From Planctomycetota bacterium (GTDB lineage Bacteria > Planctomycetota > DG-23 > DATKVD01), in NCBI GenBank assembly GCA_035530235.1, contig DATKVD010000409.1, forward strand, positions 1 through 38,931: a stretch of DNA of 38,931 nt, in the 5' to 3' direction. The position numbers and the translations under genes were made by a program. Below the pieces are notes generated by a model, which saw only the letters and a list, made by a program, of their open reading frames with translations, was not told where the DNA came from and ran no database searches. Shown here piece after piece: positions 1-9,497 of this stretch; position 1 is the stretch's first letter, and each line of letters starts with the position of its first letter.

Positions 1-170
1 GCCTCGGCGATGCGGCACAACAGCCTCCCCGTGCCGCAGGGCACATCGAGGACGGGACCGCCGGTTTCACGGGCGTACTTCACGTACCACGCCACCTCCT
101 CTTCGGTCAAGGGGGCGTGATGGGGATAATCCCACCCGAACCGGTCGTAGCGCTTCCGCAGGTCGCTCAT
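1..170 (-). CDS. class I SAM-dependent methyltransferase, N-terminal fragment (3' end lies outside the window)
   Basis: Minus-strand ATG at 170-168. My hand translation MSDLRKRYDRFGWDYPHHAPLTEEEVAWYVKYARETGGPVLDVPCGTGRLLCRIAE runs off the window start. VLDVPCGTGR fits the Gly-rich SAM-binding motif I. Too short to appear in the supplied ORF track. Confidence 0.55.
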   Translation of the reverse strand, partial: MSDLRKRYDRFGWDYPHHAPLTEEEVAWYVKYARETGGPVLDVPCGTGRLLCRIAE

Positions 171-330
171 GACGCCTTGCCTCCCGTGCGGGTCATGCTT
201 GGACTATGATGGCGACTGTCGGATGCGGATGCAAATGCGTATTCTGCCTCGGGGGCGGAGCTTTTTCCTGCGGAAAACCGAACCGGGAGGGTTACAATCC
301 GGGACCGTCTTTCATCAGAGAGGAGGTGCC

Positions 331-1443
331 ATGACGCCGCGTGAACGCATGCTGGCCGCACTTCGGGGAGACCGGGCGGATCGGGTGCCGATGGAACTCT
401 ACGGGTTCTGGCTGCCCGACCGCGACGCGGTGGAGACGATCGACGACCCCCTCAAGCGGGAAATCGCGGAGCGCATCATCGACGAGCTGGTCTTCCGCAC
501 CAAGGTCGACGCCCCCTTGAACCGGCTGCTCGGCACGCCCCCGCAGCGCATCCGCGAAGAACACAGGAAACTCCCCAATGGGAACACCCGCACGTTCGGC
601 ACCATCGACACCCCGAAGGGCGAGCTGACCTTCGTGAGCGAAGAGGACCCGGTCGTCGGCACCACGTGGATGGTGAAGTACCCCATCGAGAGCCGCGCCG
701 ACATCGACGCGATCCTGTCGGTGCCGTGGGAGGTTCCGGCGGGGCTCGTGCCGCCCGACGGCTCCGAGCGCACCGGGGATTTCGAGACGCGGGGCATCTG
801 CGAGGCCGGGGTGTCGAGCCCGATGGTGTGGGTCGGGGGGACCATGAGTTACCAGGGCTATCTCGAGTTGTGTGCGACCGACTTACGACTCGTGAAGGAG
901 ATGACCGACCTGTGTGTCGCCCGGGCGCTCGCGTGTCTCGAGGTGCTGCTCTCGCGTCCGGGCGTCGACCTCGTGTGGATGGGCGGGAGCGAGTGGCTCA
1001 CCCCGCCCATGGGCTCGCCCGCACTCTACGATGCGCTGGTCCAGGAGCAGGAACGGGCGATGATCGATTACGTCCACACGAATTCCGACGCCGTGGTGCA
1101 GGTGCACTGTCACGGGCGGGTGGGCACGGTGCTCGAGAAGACGATCGCGCGCGGGGCCGACTACACCGAACCCGTCGAGCCCCCGCCCGACGGCGACATC
1201 ACGCTGGCCGACGCGAAGGCCCTCGCCGCCGGCCGCATCACCCTCGGCGGAAACATCGAGACGCGCGTCATGGCGAACGAGACCGAGGAGGTGGTGGAGC
1301 ACGCCGTCCGCGCGGCGTTCGACGGGGGAAAGGAACGCTTCATCCTCGTCACCACCGCCGGCTGCTCACCGACGCTCTCCGACCGCGAGTTCCGGAACTA
1401 CATGCGTCTCGTCGACGTCTGGGAAGAACTCTCACCGATCTGA
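331..1443 (+). CDS. uroporphyrinogen decarboxylase (URO-D) / MtaA-CmuA-like family protein
   Basis: Track ORF 169..1443. An in-frame ATG at 331 is preceded by GAGGAGG (321-327). The N-terminus MTPRERMLAALRGDRADRVP and the ~370-aa length are typical of the URO-D fold family. Upstream residues of the track ORF are Cys/Arg-rich and look non-coding. Confidence 0.65.
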   Translation: MTPRERMLAALRGDRADRVPMELYGFWLPDRDAVETIDDPLKREIAERIIDELVFRTKVDAPLNRLLGTPPQRIREEHRKLPNGNTRTFGTIDTPKGELTFVSEEDPVVGTTWMVKYPIESRADIDAILSVPWEVPAGLVPPDGSERTGDFETRGICEAGVSSPMVWVGGTMSYQGYLELCATDLRLVKEMTDLCVARALACLEVLLSRPGVDLVWMGGSEWLTPPMGSPALYDALVQEQERAMIDYVHTNSDAVVQVHCHGRVGTVLEKTIARGADYTEPVEPPPDGDITLADAKALAAGRITLGGNIETRVMANETEEVVEHAVRAAFDGGKERFILVTTAGCSPTLSDREFRNYMRLVDVWEELSPI

Positions 1444-1455
1444 AGAGGAAAGGTC

Positions 1456-2667
1456 ATGGCCGGGATTCATCCGACGTATGAGGAGGTGTGTGCCCACCTG
1501 GAGGGGGCGTGCGCACGGTCGCCGGTCGTCCGGCGGGAGGTGGTCGGCAAATCGTTCGAGGGACGTGACCTGTGGCTCGCGACCGTGACGGATTTCGACG
1601 TTCCCGACGACGAGAAGCAGACGGTCGTCCTCACGTGCGGCGTGCACGGCAGCGAGGAGTCGGGGCGCGCGCTCGGGCTGGCGGTCATCGACTGGGCCGG
1701 GACGCGGGACGCGGCCGAGACGCTCCGGAAGCAGAGGCTCCTCGTCTTCAGCTGTGTGAATCCGGACGGCGCCGAGCGCGACAGCTATCACAACGCACAG
1801 GACATCAACATCTGCCGGGCGTATGCACGTGACGGCACGTGCGCCACCCCCGAGGCCCAGGCCGTCTGGGACGTCCTGGTGCGCGAAGTCCCCGACGCCT
1901 TCGTCGATTGTCACGGACTCGCCGGCGGCGGGATGCATGAACTCGTGCTCCCCATGCTCGGACGGCTCTGCGGACCCGAAAACGTCATCAATCAGGTCAT
2001 CGCCTACGACATGACCCGGGCCGCCGAGGCCGCCGGGTTCCCACAGCAGACCCCACACCTCGTCGAGTGCTGGACGGGCGACCAGGACTTCATCGAAAAA
2101 ATCCTCTTCCACCGATTCGGCACCATCGGCTTCACGCTCGAGATGAACGAGGGATACCTGACGACGGAAGAGACGCAGCGGTCGGGGCTCGCCCGGCTGA
2201 AGGCGCTCTTCGGCTGGGGGAACCGCAGGAGCTTCGGCCTGCCGTGGGAGGGCTACCCCAACGGGTGGCTGGGCGGCGGACCGATGTGCGGCGTCCTGCC
2301 CCACGGCCGGAACCCGGGCGAACGCCGACGCAGCCGGGCGGCGATCATGCCCTTCATGCCGCAGGTCCCACAGTTCAGCCGCAAGCCCGACAGGGACGGT
2401 CACTGCGTCACGACGCTCGAGATCACCGAGGGCGACGCGCCCGTGCCCCCGGCGATGACACTCGGCGTCCGCGTCTACCCGTGGTGCACCATCGAAAGCG
2501 CGGCGTTCGACGGCGAGCCGCTCGACCGCGACGCCTTCCCCACCGGCTACACGGTCCACGACGACGACGACTGCTCACACCTCTGTGTCGTGGATATCGG
2601 CGCGCGGCTCGCGACGGGAAAGCACGAGCTGCACATCCGCTATTCGGACCGGCGGGCCGGGACCTGA
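1456..2667 (+). CDS. M14-family zinc carboxypeptidase-like protein
   Basis: ATG at 1456 lies 12 nt after the previous stop, behind GAGGAAAGG, so it is probably co-transcribed. GVHGSEESG carries the HxxE zinc motif and VDCHGL supplies a downstream His. SFEGRDLWL is typical of M14 N-termini. Confidence 0.65.
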   Translation: MAGIHPTYEEVCAHLEGACARSPVVRREVVGKSFEGRDLWLATVTDFDVPDDEKQTVVLTCGVHGSEESGRALGLAVIDWAGTRDAAETLRKQRLLVFSCVNPDGAERDSYHNAQDINICRAYARDGTCATPEAQAVWDVLVREVPDAFVDCHGLAGGGMHELVLPMLGRLCGPENVINQVIAYDMTRAAEAAGFPQQTPHLVECWTGDQDFIEKILFHRFGTIGFTLEMNEGYLTTEETQRSGLARLKALFGWGNRRSFGLPWEGYPNGWLGGGPMCGVLPHGRNPGERRRSRAAIMPFMPQVPQFSRKPDRDGHCVTTLEITEGDAPVPPAMTLGVRVYPWCTIESAAFDGEPLDRDAFPTGYTVHDDDDCSHLCVVDIGARLATGKHELHIRYSDRRAGT

Positions 2668-2714
2668 CGGGGCACCGGAGAAGGGCTCGCCTTGCAGGGC
2701 CCACGCTCGACCGC

Positions 2715-3965
2715 CTAGGGGCTGGGCGCGAGGCGCCGGGGCACCCATATGGCGACGACGGCGACGCTGACGGCGGCCGCGGCGGCCCCCATGAGGAAGG
2801 TCCACTCGTAGCCGAACGTTATCCAGAGGATGCCGCCCACCAGCGGCATGATGACGGCGGCGACGTGGTTCATCGCCACGCCCATCGAGAGGGTGGGGGT
2901 GAGTTCGCGCTTCGGTGCGATGCGTCCGACGAACGTCTCGAGTGACATCGCGAAGACGAAGAAGGCGTTGTCGGCGATGTAGATGGCGTAGAGGACGCCC
3001 GGCTGGCGGATGAAGGCGTAGCCGACGAAGAGAAGCGTGAGGGAGGCGTAGTAGAAGAGGAGGATGCGACGCTCCCGGAACCGGTCGATGACACGTCCGA
3101 CGATGGGAAACGCGATGAACCCGGCGGCCTGGACGCTGATCTGAAGGGTGAGTATCTTCCAGACGGGGGTACCGTGTCGTGCAACCAGGAGGATGCCCGC
3201 GAAGGCGATGAAGATCTGCTTGCGCCACCCTTCGAGGAAACAGAGGACGTAGTAGAGGAGGTACTTGCGGCTGAAGACGAGTCGGGGTCCGGGGGTCTTG
3301 ATCTTGCGTGGGATCCCGAAGCACATCGCCGCGGCGAGAACCGACGCGGCCGCGCCGACGAGATAGATCGGACGCATCCCCACCTTCAGCAGCGTCACCG
3401 CCAGCGCCAGGCCGAGTCCCACCGCGTAACCGATCGACCCGGAACTGCGGATCTGTCCCAGACGGTAGCCGGTGCGCCCCGGCTCGGCCATCGCCATCGC
3501 CATCGAGTTCGGCAGCGGCATCCACACGTGCAGACCCTGACTCCACGTCATGCTCATGACGACCAGCCAGACGTAGTCGTGCACGAAGAAATAGCCCGAG
3601 AGTCCCGCCGCCACCAGCATCAGCACGCCTGTGGCCACCAGGGGCTCCGCCAGTCCCGCCAGGAGCGCCAGCACCCCCAGTGCGAGGATGCCGCAGCTCT
3701 CACGGAAGGCCTCGAGGTAGCCGATCTCGTCGAAGTCGAGCTTGAGGTCCTGTCTGAGGAAGTTCGCGTTGAGTCCCATCTGGACGGCCATGGCGACGCC
3801 GACCAGCGCCACGGCGGCGGCGAGGAAGAGCATCCCCCGTCGACGCGTGGCCGCGTCGATTCGCGGGTGCAGTCCCTCGGTGAGGATCTCTCCGGTTCGT
3901 CTTTCGGCCACGGTTTCTCCGAAAACAGACGCGGCGGGGCGGGGGCCCCGCCGCGCGGCGTTCAA
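2715..3965 (-). CDS. MFS-type membrane transporter
   Basis: About 12 hydrophobic segments throughout, for example LFLAAAVALVGVAMAV, GILALGVLALLAGLAEP and IMPLVGGILWITFGY. The codon at 3965 is TTG. An ATG at 3833 (MLFLAAAV) is an alternative start. Confidence 0.6.
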   Translation of the reverse strand: MNAARRGPRPAASVFGETVAERRTGEILTEGLHPRIDAATRRRGMLFLAAAVALVGVAMAVQMGLNANFLRQDLKLDFDEIGYLEAFRESCGILALGVLALLAGLAEPLVATGVLMLVAAGLSGYFFVHDYVWLVVMSMTWSQGLHVWMPLPNSMAMAMAEPGRTGYRLGQIRSSGSIGYAVGLGLALAVTLLKVGMRPIYLVGAAASVLAAAMCFGIPRKIKTPGPRLVFSRKYLLYYVLCFLEGWRKQIFIAFAGILLVARHGTPVWKILTLQISVQAAGFIAFPIVGRVIDRFRERRILLFYYASLTLLFVGYAFIRQPGVLYAIYIADNAFFVFAMSLETFVGRIAPKRELTPTLSMGVAMNHVAAVIMPLVGGILWITFGYEWTFLMGAAAAAVSVAVVAIWVPRRLAPSP

Positions 3966-4007
3966 GGACTCGAGGCCCGCCCCGACGTGTCGGGGAGGAG
4001 CCCCGCA

Positions 4008-5183
4008 TCACTTGTTGTGTGCGAAGTACTCCCGGACCAGGGCCTTGAGAAGTTCGGCCCGTCGGTCGTAGAGCTTCTTGAGCGGACGTTTCCTGTGGTT
4101 GGCCAGGGCGTAGTGGGTGAGGATCGGCAGTGCGATGGTCGTGTCGGTGTAGCAGACGACGGCGTCCGGCAGACGCGTGGGGTCCACCTTGCCCCAGCTC
4201 ACGGCCTCGTGCGGGGTGGCCCCGGAGAGTCCGCCGGTGTCGGGCCGGGCGTCGGTGACCTGGAAGAAATAGTCGTGTCCGACCTCCTTGATGCGCAGCA
4301 CCTCCTGGATCTGGGGTTCGGTCTGGAGGAGGAAGTTCTTGGGACTGCCGCCGCCCATGAGCAGCACGGCGCTTCTCCCGCCGGAGCGCTTCGCCGCGAG
4401 CACGATCGCCGTCGTCTCGTTCACGTCGACGGACGGGTTCACACGGAGCCTGTTGCCCTTGAGCTCCACCCCCGCCACGTTCATGCCGATGGTGGAATCG
4501 CCCGGTGAGGGGGTATAGACCGGCACGCCCGAGCGGTAGGCGGCCGCCAGGACCGACACGTTCCTGAGTCCGGACTTCCGCTCCCACTCGGCGGCGTATT
4601 TTCCGAGGAGGTAGTGCAATTCGGCGGTGCCCATCTCGTGCTGGAACTCCGGCTCGACCAGGATGCCGCGGATGATCTCGTCGGTTGCCATCAGACAGTC
4701 GGTGTAGCCCAGCAGCACGTCGTAGATGCGGACGACGTCGTTCCTGCGGAGGTCGGCGTCGTCGACGAGGTGACTTCCCGCGTGGAGTGGGAGGTTGAAG
4801 GCGAAGTGCAGGTCGTGGTAGAGGTTCGCACCGGTCGAGACGATCCAGTCCACGAACCCGGCCTTGATGAGCGGGATGACACAGGAGCAGCCGAGCCCCG
4901 CCGGCGTGAGCGCCCCGGCCAGGCTCATCCCCACCGTCACGTCGGCCTTCAGCATCTTCTGGACGAACAGCTGACACCCCTCGCGCAGCCGGGCGGCGTT
5001 GTAGGCCAGGAAGCCGTCCATCAGCGTGGTGAGCTTCTCACGGCCGGTGACGGCCTTGGGCAGGATGCGCTTGCCGGAGAGGTACTTCGCCTTGTGCGGG
5101 TATTTCTTCTTCTTCAGCCAGTCCGGGACCTCCGAGACCTCCTTCTTGACCCTGTGATTCCTCTTCACTTCGGTTCCTCCCAT
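4008..5183 (-). CDS. deoxyhypusine synthase-like protein (bacterial homospermidine-synthase type)
   Basis: [27 protein letters not shown] and GGGSPKNF are characteristic of the deoxyhypusine synthase family. The start is ATG 5183 or, more likely, GTG 5168, which lies 6 nt after GGAGGA. Confidence 0.8.
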   Translation of the reverse strand: MGGTEVKRNHRVKKEVSEVPDWLKKKKYPHKAKYLSGKRILPKAVTGREKLTTLMDGFLAYNAARLREGCQLFVQKMLKADVTVGMSLAGALTPAGLGCSCVIPLIKAGFVDWIVSTGANLYHDLHFAFNLPLHAGSHLVDDADLRRNDVVRIYDVLLGYTDCLMATDEIIRGILVEPEFQHEMGTAELHYLLGKYAAEWERKSGLRNVSVLAAAYRSGVPVYTPSPGDSTIGMNVAGVELKGNRLRVNPSVDVNETTAIVLAAKRSGGRSAVLLMGGGSPKNFLLQTEPQIQEVLRIKEVGHDYFFQVTDARPDTGGLSGATPHEAVSWGKVDPTRLPDAVVCYTDTTIALPILTHYALANHRKRPLKKLYDRRAELLKALVREYFAHNK

Positions 5184-5185
5184 TT

Positions 5186-5468
5186 TTTCACCGCAAAGAC
5201 GAATAGACGCTAAGACACTGAGACACTGAGACGCTAAGTGAAAACAACGACCCGGCTTTGCTTCTTCTCCTGTTTCTGACTCAGCGTCTGGTCTCTTTCA
5301 CGGCCACGGCTGGCTTGTCCAGCCGTGCGTCTTGCCGAATCGCGACAGCACGGCTTGCGAGCAAGCCGTGGCACACCGGCTGTAAAACAGTTTCCCGTTG
5401 TTTCTTCTGCTGTTTCTGACTCAGCGTCTTAGCGACTTAGCGTCTCAGCGTCTGGTCTTTTTCACGGC
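5186..5468. repeat. complex intergenic repeat: 43-nt direct repeat bracketing two related hairpins, plus short word repeats
   Basis: TTCTTCTSCTGTTTCTGACTCAGCGTCT-GGTCTYTTTCACGGC occurs at 5262-5304 and at 5402-5468. The copies match at 41/43 positions. The right copy carries a 24-nt internal insertion (5430-5453) and overlaps the decarboxylase stop codon. Perfect hairpins: CACGGCTGG-cttgt-CCAGCCGTG (5305-5327) and CACGGCTT-gcgagc-AAGCCGTG (5349-5370). GACGCTAAG/ACACTGAG word repeats lie at 5206-5238. Confidence 0.6.
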
Positions 5469-6589
5469 ACCATCACGGTCCTTGCGGACGTGATGCTGTT
5501 GAAGTTCGTGGCGCTGGCGGTGCTGTAGGCCCCGATGTTCTCCACGTAGACGATGTCGCCGATTTCGAGTTCGGGCAGGTCCTGTCCGCGTGCGATGATG
5601 TCGAAGCTGTCGCAGGTGGGCCCCGCGAGGGTCGAGAGGCGTCGTCGGCCGCGACGGAGCGCCTGGAAGCGGTACTGTGCGTGGTCGAAGACGATCCCGC
5701 TCAGCGCCCCGTAGACCCCGTCGTCGAGGTAGTACCAATGCTTGTTTTCACGGATGGCCTTTCCGGAGACGCGCGTGACGAGGGTCGCCGCGGGACCGAC
5801 GAGGAACCGTCCCGGCTCCGCGATGACCCGCACGTTCCGGTCGATCAGCCGGTCCAGCTCCCTCGCGATGACTCCCGCCGTCTCGTCGAACGCATCCTCG
5901 TCCCCGTCGAACCAGGGAATCGAGAACCCCCCGCCGATGTCCACGATGTCGAGCGGGAGCTGCTTGAGTCGGGCGTCACGGACGATGATGGCGGCCATCT
6001 CCAGGGCTTCGATGTAGTTTTCGGCCCGTTTGCACTGACTGCCGACGTGGAAGCTGACCCCGGTGGGCCTGAGTCCCATCTGGTGGGCCTTGATGAGGAA
6101 GGGGACGGCGTCGGCCGGGTCGACGCCGAACTTCAGGCTCAGCTCGATGATGGAGCCGACGTTGGGGACCTTGATGCGGACGATGACGTGTGCCTCGGGG
6201 GCGTGCTCGGCGATCTTGTCGAGTTCGTATTCACTGTCGAAGGTGAGGAGCTTGACGTCGTGTTTCCGGGCGGCGTCGAGGGCCTCGGCCGGCTTGATGG
6301 TGTTGGCGAAGATGATCTTCCCGGGTTTTGCCCCGGCGGTCAATACGGCTTCCATCTCGGCCTGGGAGGCCACGTCGAACCCCGCCCCGGCGGCCGACAT
6401 CGTCTTCAGGATCTCCGGGTCCGGGTTCGCCTTGACCGCGTAGAAGGGCTCCACCCGGGGCAGCAGACGCCGGAAACGCTCCAACTGGGTCCTGAGCGCC
6501 GACCGGCTGACCACCAGGATCGGCGTCCCGTGCCGACGCACCAGACCCCTCAGTCGCTGTTCGTGATTGCGTGTCGAGCGCTTCGCCAA
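5462..6589 (-). CDS. PLP-dependent ornithine/lysine/arginine decarboxylase (alanine-racemase-fold, ODC-like)
   Basis: FYAVKANPDPEILKTMSAAGAGFDVAS contains the PLP-Lys motif. GGGF, EPGRF and CDSFD motifs are also present. The track ORF begins at TTG 6658. I prefer the in-frame TTG at 6589, which lies 7 nt after AGAGGAGGAGC. Confidence 0.8.
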   Translation of the reverse strand: MAKRSTRNHEQRLRGLVRRHGTPILVVSRSALRTQLERFRRLLPRVEPFYAVKANPDPEILKTMSAAGAGFDVASQAEMEAVLTAGAKPGKIIFANTIKPAEALDAARKHDVKLLTFDSEYELDKIAEHAPEAHVIVRIKVPNVGSIIELSLKFGVDPADAVPFLIKAHQMGLRPTGVSFHVGSQCKRAENYIEALEMAAIIVRDARLKQLPLDIVDIGGGFSIPWFDGDEDAFDETAGVIARELDRLIDRNVRVIAEPGRFLVGPAATLVTRVSGKAIRENKHWYYLDDGVYGALSGIVFDHAQYRFQALRRGRRRLSTLAGPTCDSFDIIARGQDLPELEIGDIVYVENIGAYSTASATNFNSITSARTVMVP

Positions 6590-6671
6590 TGCCGCTCCTC
6601 CTCTGACGGACCCCTGGTCGGGGGGACCACATTCTACCAGATGCCGACGCGAGGGCAAGCGAGAATGGCTG

Positions 6672-7607
6672 CTACGTGCACAGGGCGACGAGGTCGGCGA
6701 TTTTCGCCGTCGCGAGGGCCATCACCTGGTCGGACGCCCCGTAGTAGATCCGCACGCGTCCGTCGCCCATGTCGATGAGCCCGGTGGGGAAGATGACCCG
6801 CGGACGGTAGCCCTCGTTCTCATACGGCACGTCGGGCTCGGGTTCGAGGATCGGCTCCTCGCAGCGTCCCACGACCACCGACGGGTCTTCGAGGTCGAGG
6901 AGCATCACCCCCGCACGGTAGGTCTTGTTCCAGCCGGTGGGCCCCGGCTCACGGAGCTCCGCCCCGTGAAAGACCGTGAGCCAGCCGGCGTCGGTGCGGA
7001 TGGGCGGGGCCCCGGGACCGATCTTGTGCGACCCCCACGACACCTCCTGCCACCGGAGCACCGGCTTGTGGTCGCCCCAGTATCTCAGGTCGGGCGAGTA
7101 GCTGATCCACAGGTCGTAGGGACGTTCCTTCTCGTAGATCCGTGCGAAGGGGCGGTCGAGCCGGCAGTAACGCCCGCCGATCTTCTCCGGGAAGAGGGCG
7201 GCGTTCCGGTTGTCGGGCTCGGAGAGGAACTTGCGTTCGATGGTCTTGAAATCCTTCGTGACCGCGATGCCCAGACGGATGCCGACCGAGGTATCGGTGG
7301 CGTAGCAGATGACGTAGTCGTCGTCGATGCGCGTGACGCGCGGGTCGTAGACGGCGTTCTCCTCCACGTCCTCGGGCTCCATCAGGGGCTTGGGATCGAC
7401 GGTCCACGCAAGCCCGTCGGTTGAGCGGGCCAGTCCGAGGAAGAGATAAGGCTCCGGGCGACGCTGGTCGATGCGCAGCACCATCACGTACCCGTCGTCG
7501 GTCTTCGCGACGGACGAGTTGTAGACCTGTCTGCAGTCGTAGGGGACATCCTCCGGGGTGAGGATGGGGTTCCCCGCGTAACGCGTCACGGCGTCCTTTG
7601 CGGGCAT
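6672..7607 (-). CDS. GH130-family glycoside phosphorylase/hydrolase (beta-mannoside type fold)
   Basis: RYAGNPILTPEDVPY, YNSSVAKTDDGYVMVLR, AVYDPRVTRIDDDYVICY and ALFPEKIGGRY, together with the ~310-aa length, match my memory of GH130 proteins. ATG 7607 follows GGAGA. Confidence 0.65.
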   Translation of the reverse strand: MPAKDAVTRYAGNPILTPEDVPYDCRQVYNSSVAKTDDGYVMVLRIDQRRPEPYLFLGLARSTDGLAWTVDPKPLMEPEDVEENAVYDPRVTRIDDDYVICYATDTSVGIRLGIAVTKDFKTIERKFLSEPDNRNAALFPEKIGGRYCRLDRPFARIYEKERPYDLWISYSPDLRYWGDHKPVLRWQEVSWGSHKIGPGAPPIRTDAGWLTVFHGAELREPGPTGWNKTYRAGVMLLDLEDPSVVVGRCEEPILEPEPDVPYENEGYRPRVIFPTGLIDMGDGRVRIYYGASDQVMALATAKIADLVALCT

Positions 7608-7635
7608 GGGGTCTCCAGGTTTCAGAGGTCGATTG

Positions 7636-9279
7636 TCACGGTTTCGCGGTCGGCGCTGTTGGTGCGGCTTCGGGTTTCTGCCGCGTCTTTTCCACGTAGA
7701 AGACGATGTTGGTCACGACGTCGAAGGCGGGTGTCGCAGTCGAGCCCCCGCGCTCCCACTGGCACGAGATGCCGTTGGGCAGGTAGAGCACACTGAAGCG
7801 TCCCTGTCCGCCGTCGGAGGCGAGACCCAAGATCTTCGGTCTGAGCGTTCTCAGAGGTCGCGGGTCGGTATAGATGGGGTGGTCCTTCCTGATCTCTCGG
7901 AGTTCTGAGCCGGGCCAGAGCGACGCGAGGAGTTTGCGGAACGAATCGTCGAACGCCTTCTTCGAGCAGCACGCCTCGCCGAGGAGGGTCCCCCCGCGCT
8001 CGACGTAAGCCTTCAGCTTCGCCTTCTCGGCGTCGCTGAAGTTGAGCGGGTCGTGACCGCTGATCCAGAGGATGGGGACGCGCAGGAGGAAATCGACGTC
8101 GGCGTCGAGTGTCACGATGCGCCACTGCTTCGGTTTCTGGAAGCGGTCGCTGACGTATTCGACGAGATGCTTGACGTCGTGGAGGTGGTTGTTCCAGTCG
8201 CCCTGGCGCTTGAGCTTGTTGATGATGACGGGTTCCAGTCCGCGTGCGAGGAAGAGCACCGCGAAAGCGGCGCCGACCTCCTGGCCCGGGGCCTGGGCGT
8301 TGCGCGCGCGCCAGCGACGGTCCTTCACGAGCCGCGAGGCCCCTTCGTCGAACCACGATTTCCCGCCGAACTCGCTGAACCCGCTCAGGATCCCCAGACG
8401 CTCCGTCGCGTAGAACCCGTAGGTCTCGAGCTGGTCGTAGTCGAGGTTCGCCGCCACCCACGCGAGACCCGCTTCCACCGGCCGACTCTCGGGCGTGGGC
8501 TTGCACTGCTCGTGCCGGTCGCCGAGCATCTCGTTGCAGATCGCCAGACTGATCGTGCACACGAGCGTCATGTTGGCGTTGGATTCCTTGGGGGCGTAGG
8601 TCGGTCCGTAGTGCCACCCACCGTCCTGGTTCTGGAAATCGAGGTAGTGCTTCCGCAGGAGAAGCCACGTCCTCTCGGGGATCTGGAACCCGGCGAGTTG
8701 GGCGTAGTAGAGCCCGAGCACGGCGAACTGCGTGTTGGAATGGTCCGCGCGTCCGAACGCCCGCGGCGCCTCTCCACGGGACTGAAGACGCGGGGGGTAA
8801 TGCAGGTAATAGCCCCAGAACCCGACGTCACGGCCCGTCGTCTGCTGTGAGAGGACGAGCATCTCGGCGTAGAGTCCGATCAGTCTGCGATGCTTCGTCG
8901 GGTCGGCCTTGTAGAGGACACTGATAACGAGCCCGGCCGAGTAGGTGAGCGCCTCCGGTTTGCGCTGCGTGATGTAGGCGAGTCCCTTCTGGATGGCGGC
9001 CTCTGCGTCGGCGTAGGTCTCACCCGACAGGTGCGGCAGTGCGTGCTGAAGGGCGAGCACCGCCAGTGCCGTCTGACCCACCGGGAAGACGTAGGCCGTG
9101 CTCACCTCGAAGAAGTGCTTGTCGAGCACGAACGACCCGTCGGGCTGCTGGGTCTTCATGAGACGCTCGCACCCCTCGCGGATGGCGTCACGGGTCTGGT
9201 CCAGAGAAACCGTCTGTGCGTGCGATGCGGCCGAAAGGAACATCAGCACGACCAGGATCGCGGCGGCTTTCCAGCGCAT
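7636..9279 (-). CDS. secreted prenyltransferase/terpene-cyclase-like repeat protein with C-terminal DUF4159-like domain
   Basis: ATG 9279 follows GGAGACGACC. The signal peptide is MRWKAAAILVVLMFLSAASHAQ. QQPDGSF and QNQDGGWHY are QW-type repeats. The C-terminal PILWISGHDPLNFSDAEKAKLKAYVERGGTLLGEACC resembles DUF4159. Confidence 0.6.
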   Translation of the reverse strand: MRWKAAAILVVLMFLSAASHAQTVSLDQTRDAIREGCERLMKTQQPDGSFVLDKHFFEVSTAYVFPVGQTALAVLALQHALPHLSGETYADAEAAIQKGLAYITQRKPEALTYSAGLVISVLYKADPTKHRRLIGLYAEMLVLSQQTTGRDVGFWGYYLHYPPRLQSRGEAPRAFGRADHSNTQFAVLGLYYAQLAGFQIPERTWLLLRKHYLDFQNQDGGWHYGPTYAPKESNANMTLVCTISLAICNEMLGDRHEQCKPTPESRPVEAGLAWVAANLDYDQLETYGFYATERLGILSGFSEFGGKSWFDEGASRLVKDRRWRARNAQAPGQEVGAAFAVLFLARGLEPVIINKLKRQGDWNNHLHDVKHLVEYVSDRFQKPKQWRIVTLDADVDFLLRVPILWISGHDPLNFSDAEKAKLKAYVERGGTLLGEACCSKKAFDDSFRKLLASLWPGSELREIRKDHPIYTDPRPLRTLRPKILGLASDGGQGRFSVLYLPNGISCQWERGGSTATPAFDVVTNIVFYVEKTRQKPEAAPTAPTAKP

Positions 9280-9324
9280 GGGTCGTCTCCGTTGCACTCC
9301 GTCTCCGTGACAGGCCGACACTAT

Positions 9325-9497
9325 CAGGCTGCTAAGAAAGTGTTGTCATCCTGACCCCGAGCGAAGTCGAGGGGGAAGGATCTGGTCACGATGCGGGATG
9401 AACATCCCCTTTTTCGCGCAGAAATCGCGCGTTCTCCTGCATACGGGGCAAGATTCTTCGTCGCTTCGCTCCTCAGAATGACATTCTTAGCAGCCTG
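9325..9497. mobile_element. MITE-like non-autonomous element with terminal inverted repeats and 4-bp target-site duplication
   Basis: CAGGCTGCTAAGAA at 9325-9338 is the exact reverse complement of 9484-9497. The arms extend imperfectly for ~45 nt (TCATCCTGA..AGCGAAGTCGA..AAGGATC versus GATTCTTCGTCGCTTCGCT..TCAGAATGA). CTAT flanks both ends (9321-9324 and 9498-9501). There is no ORF inside. Inner hairpins are GGGATgaacATCCC and CGCGCagaaatCGCGCG. Confidence 0.5.
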
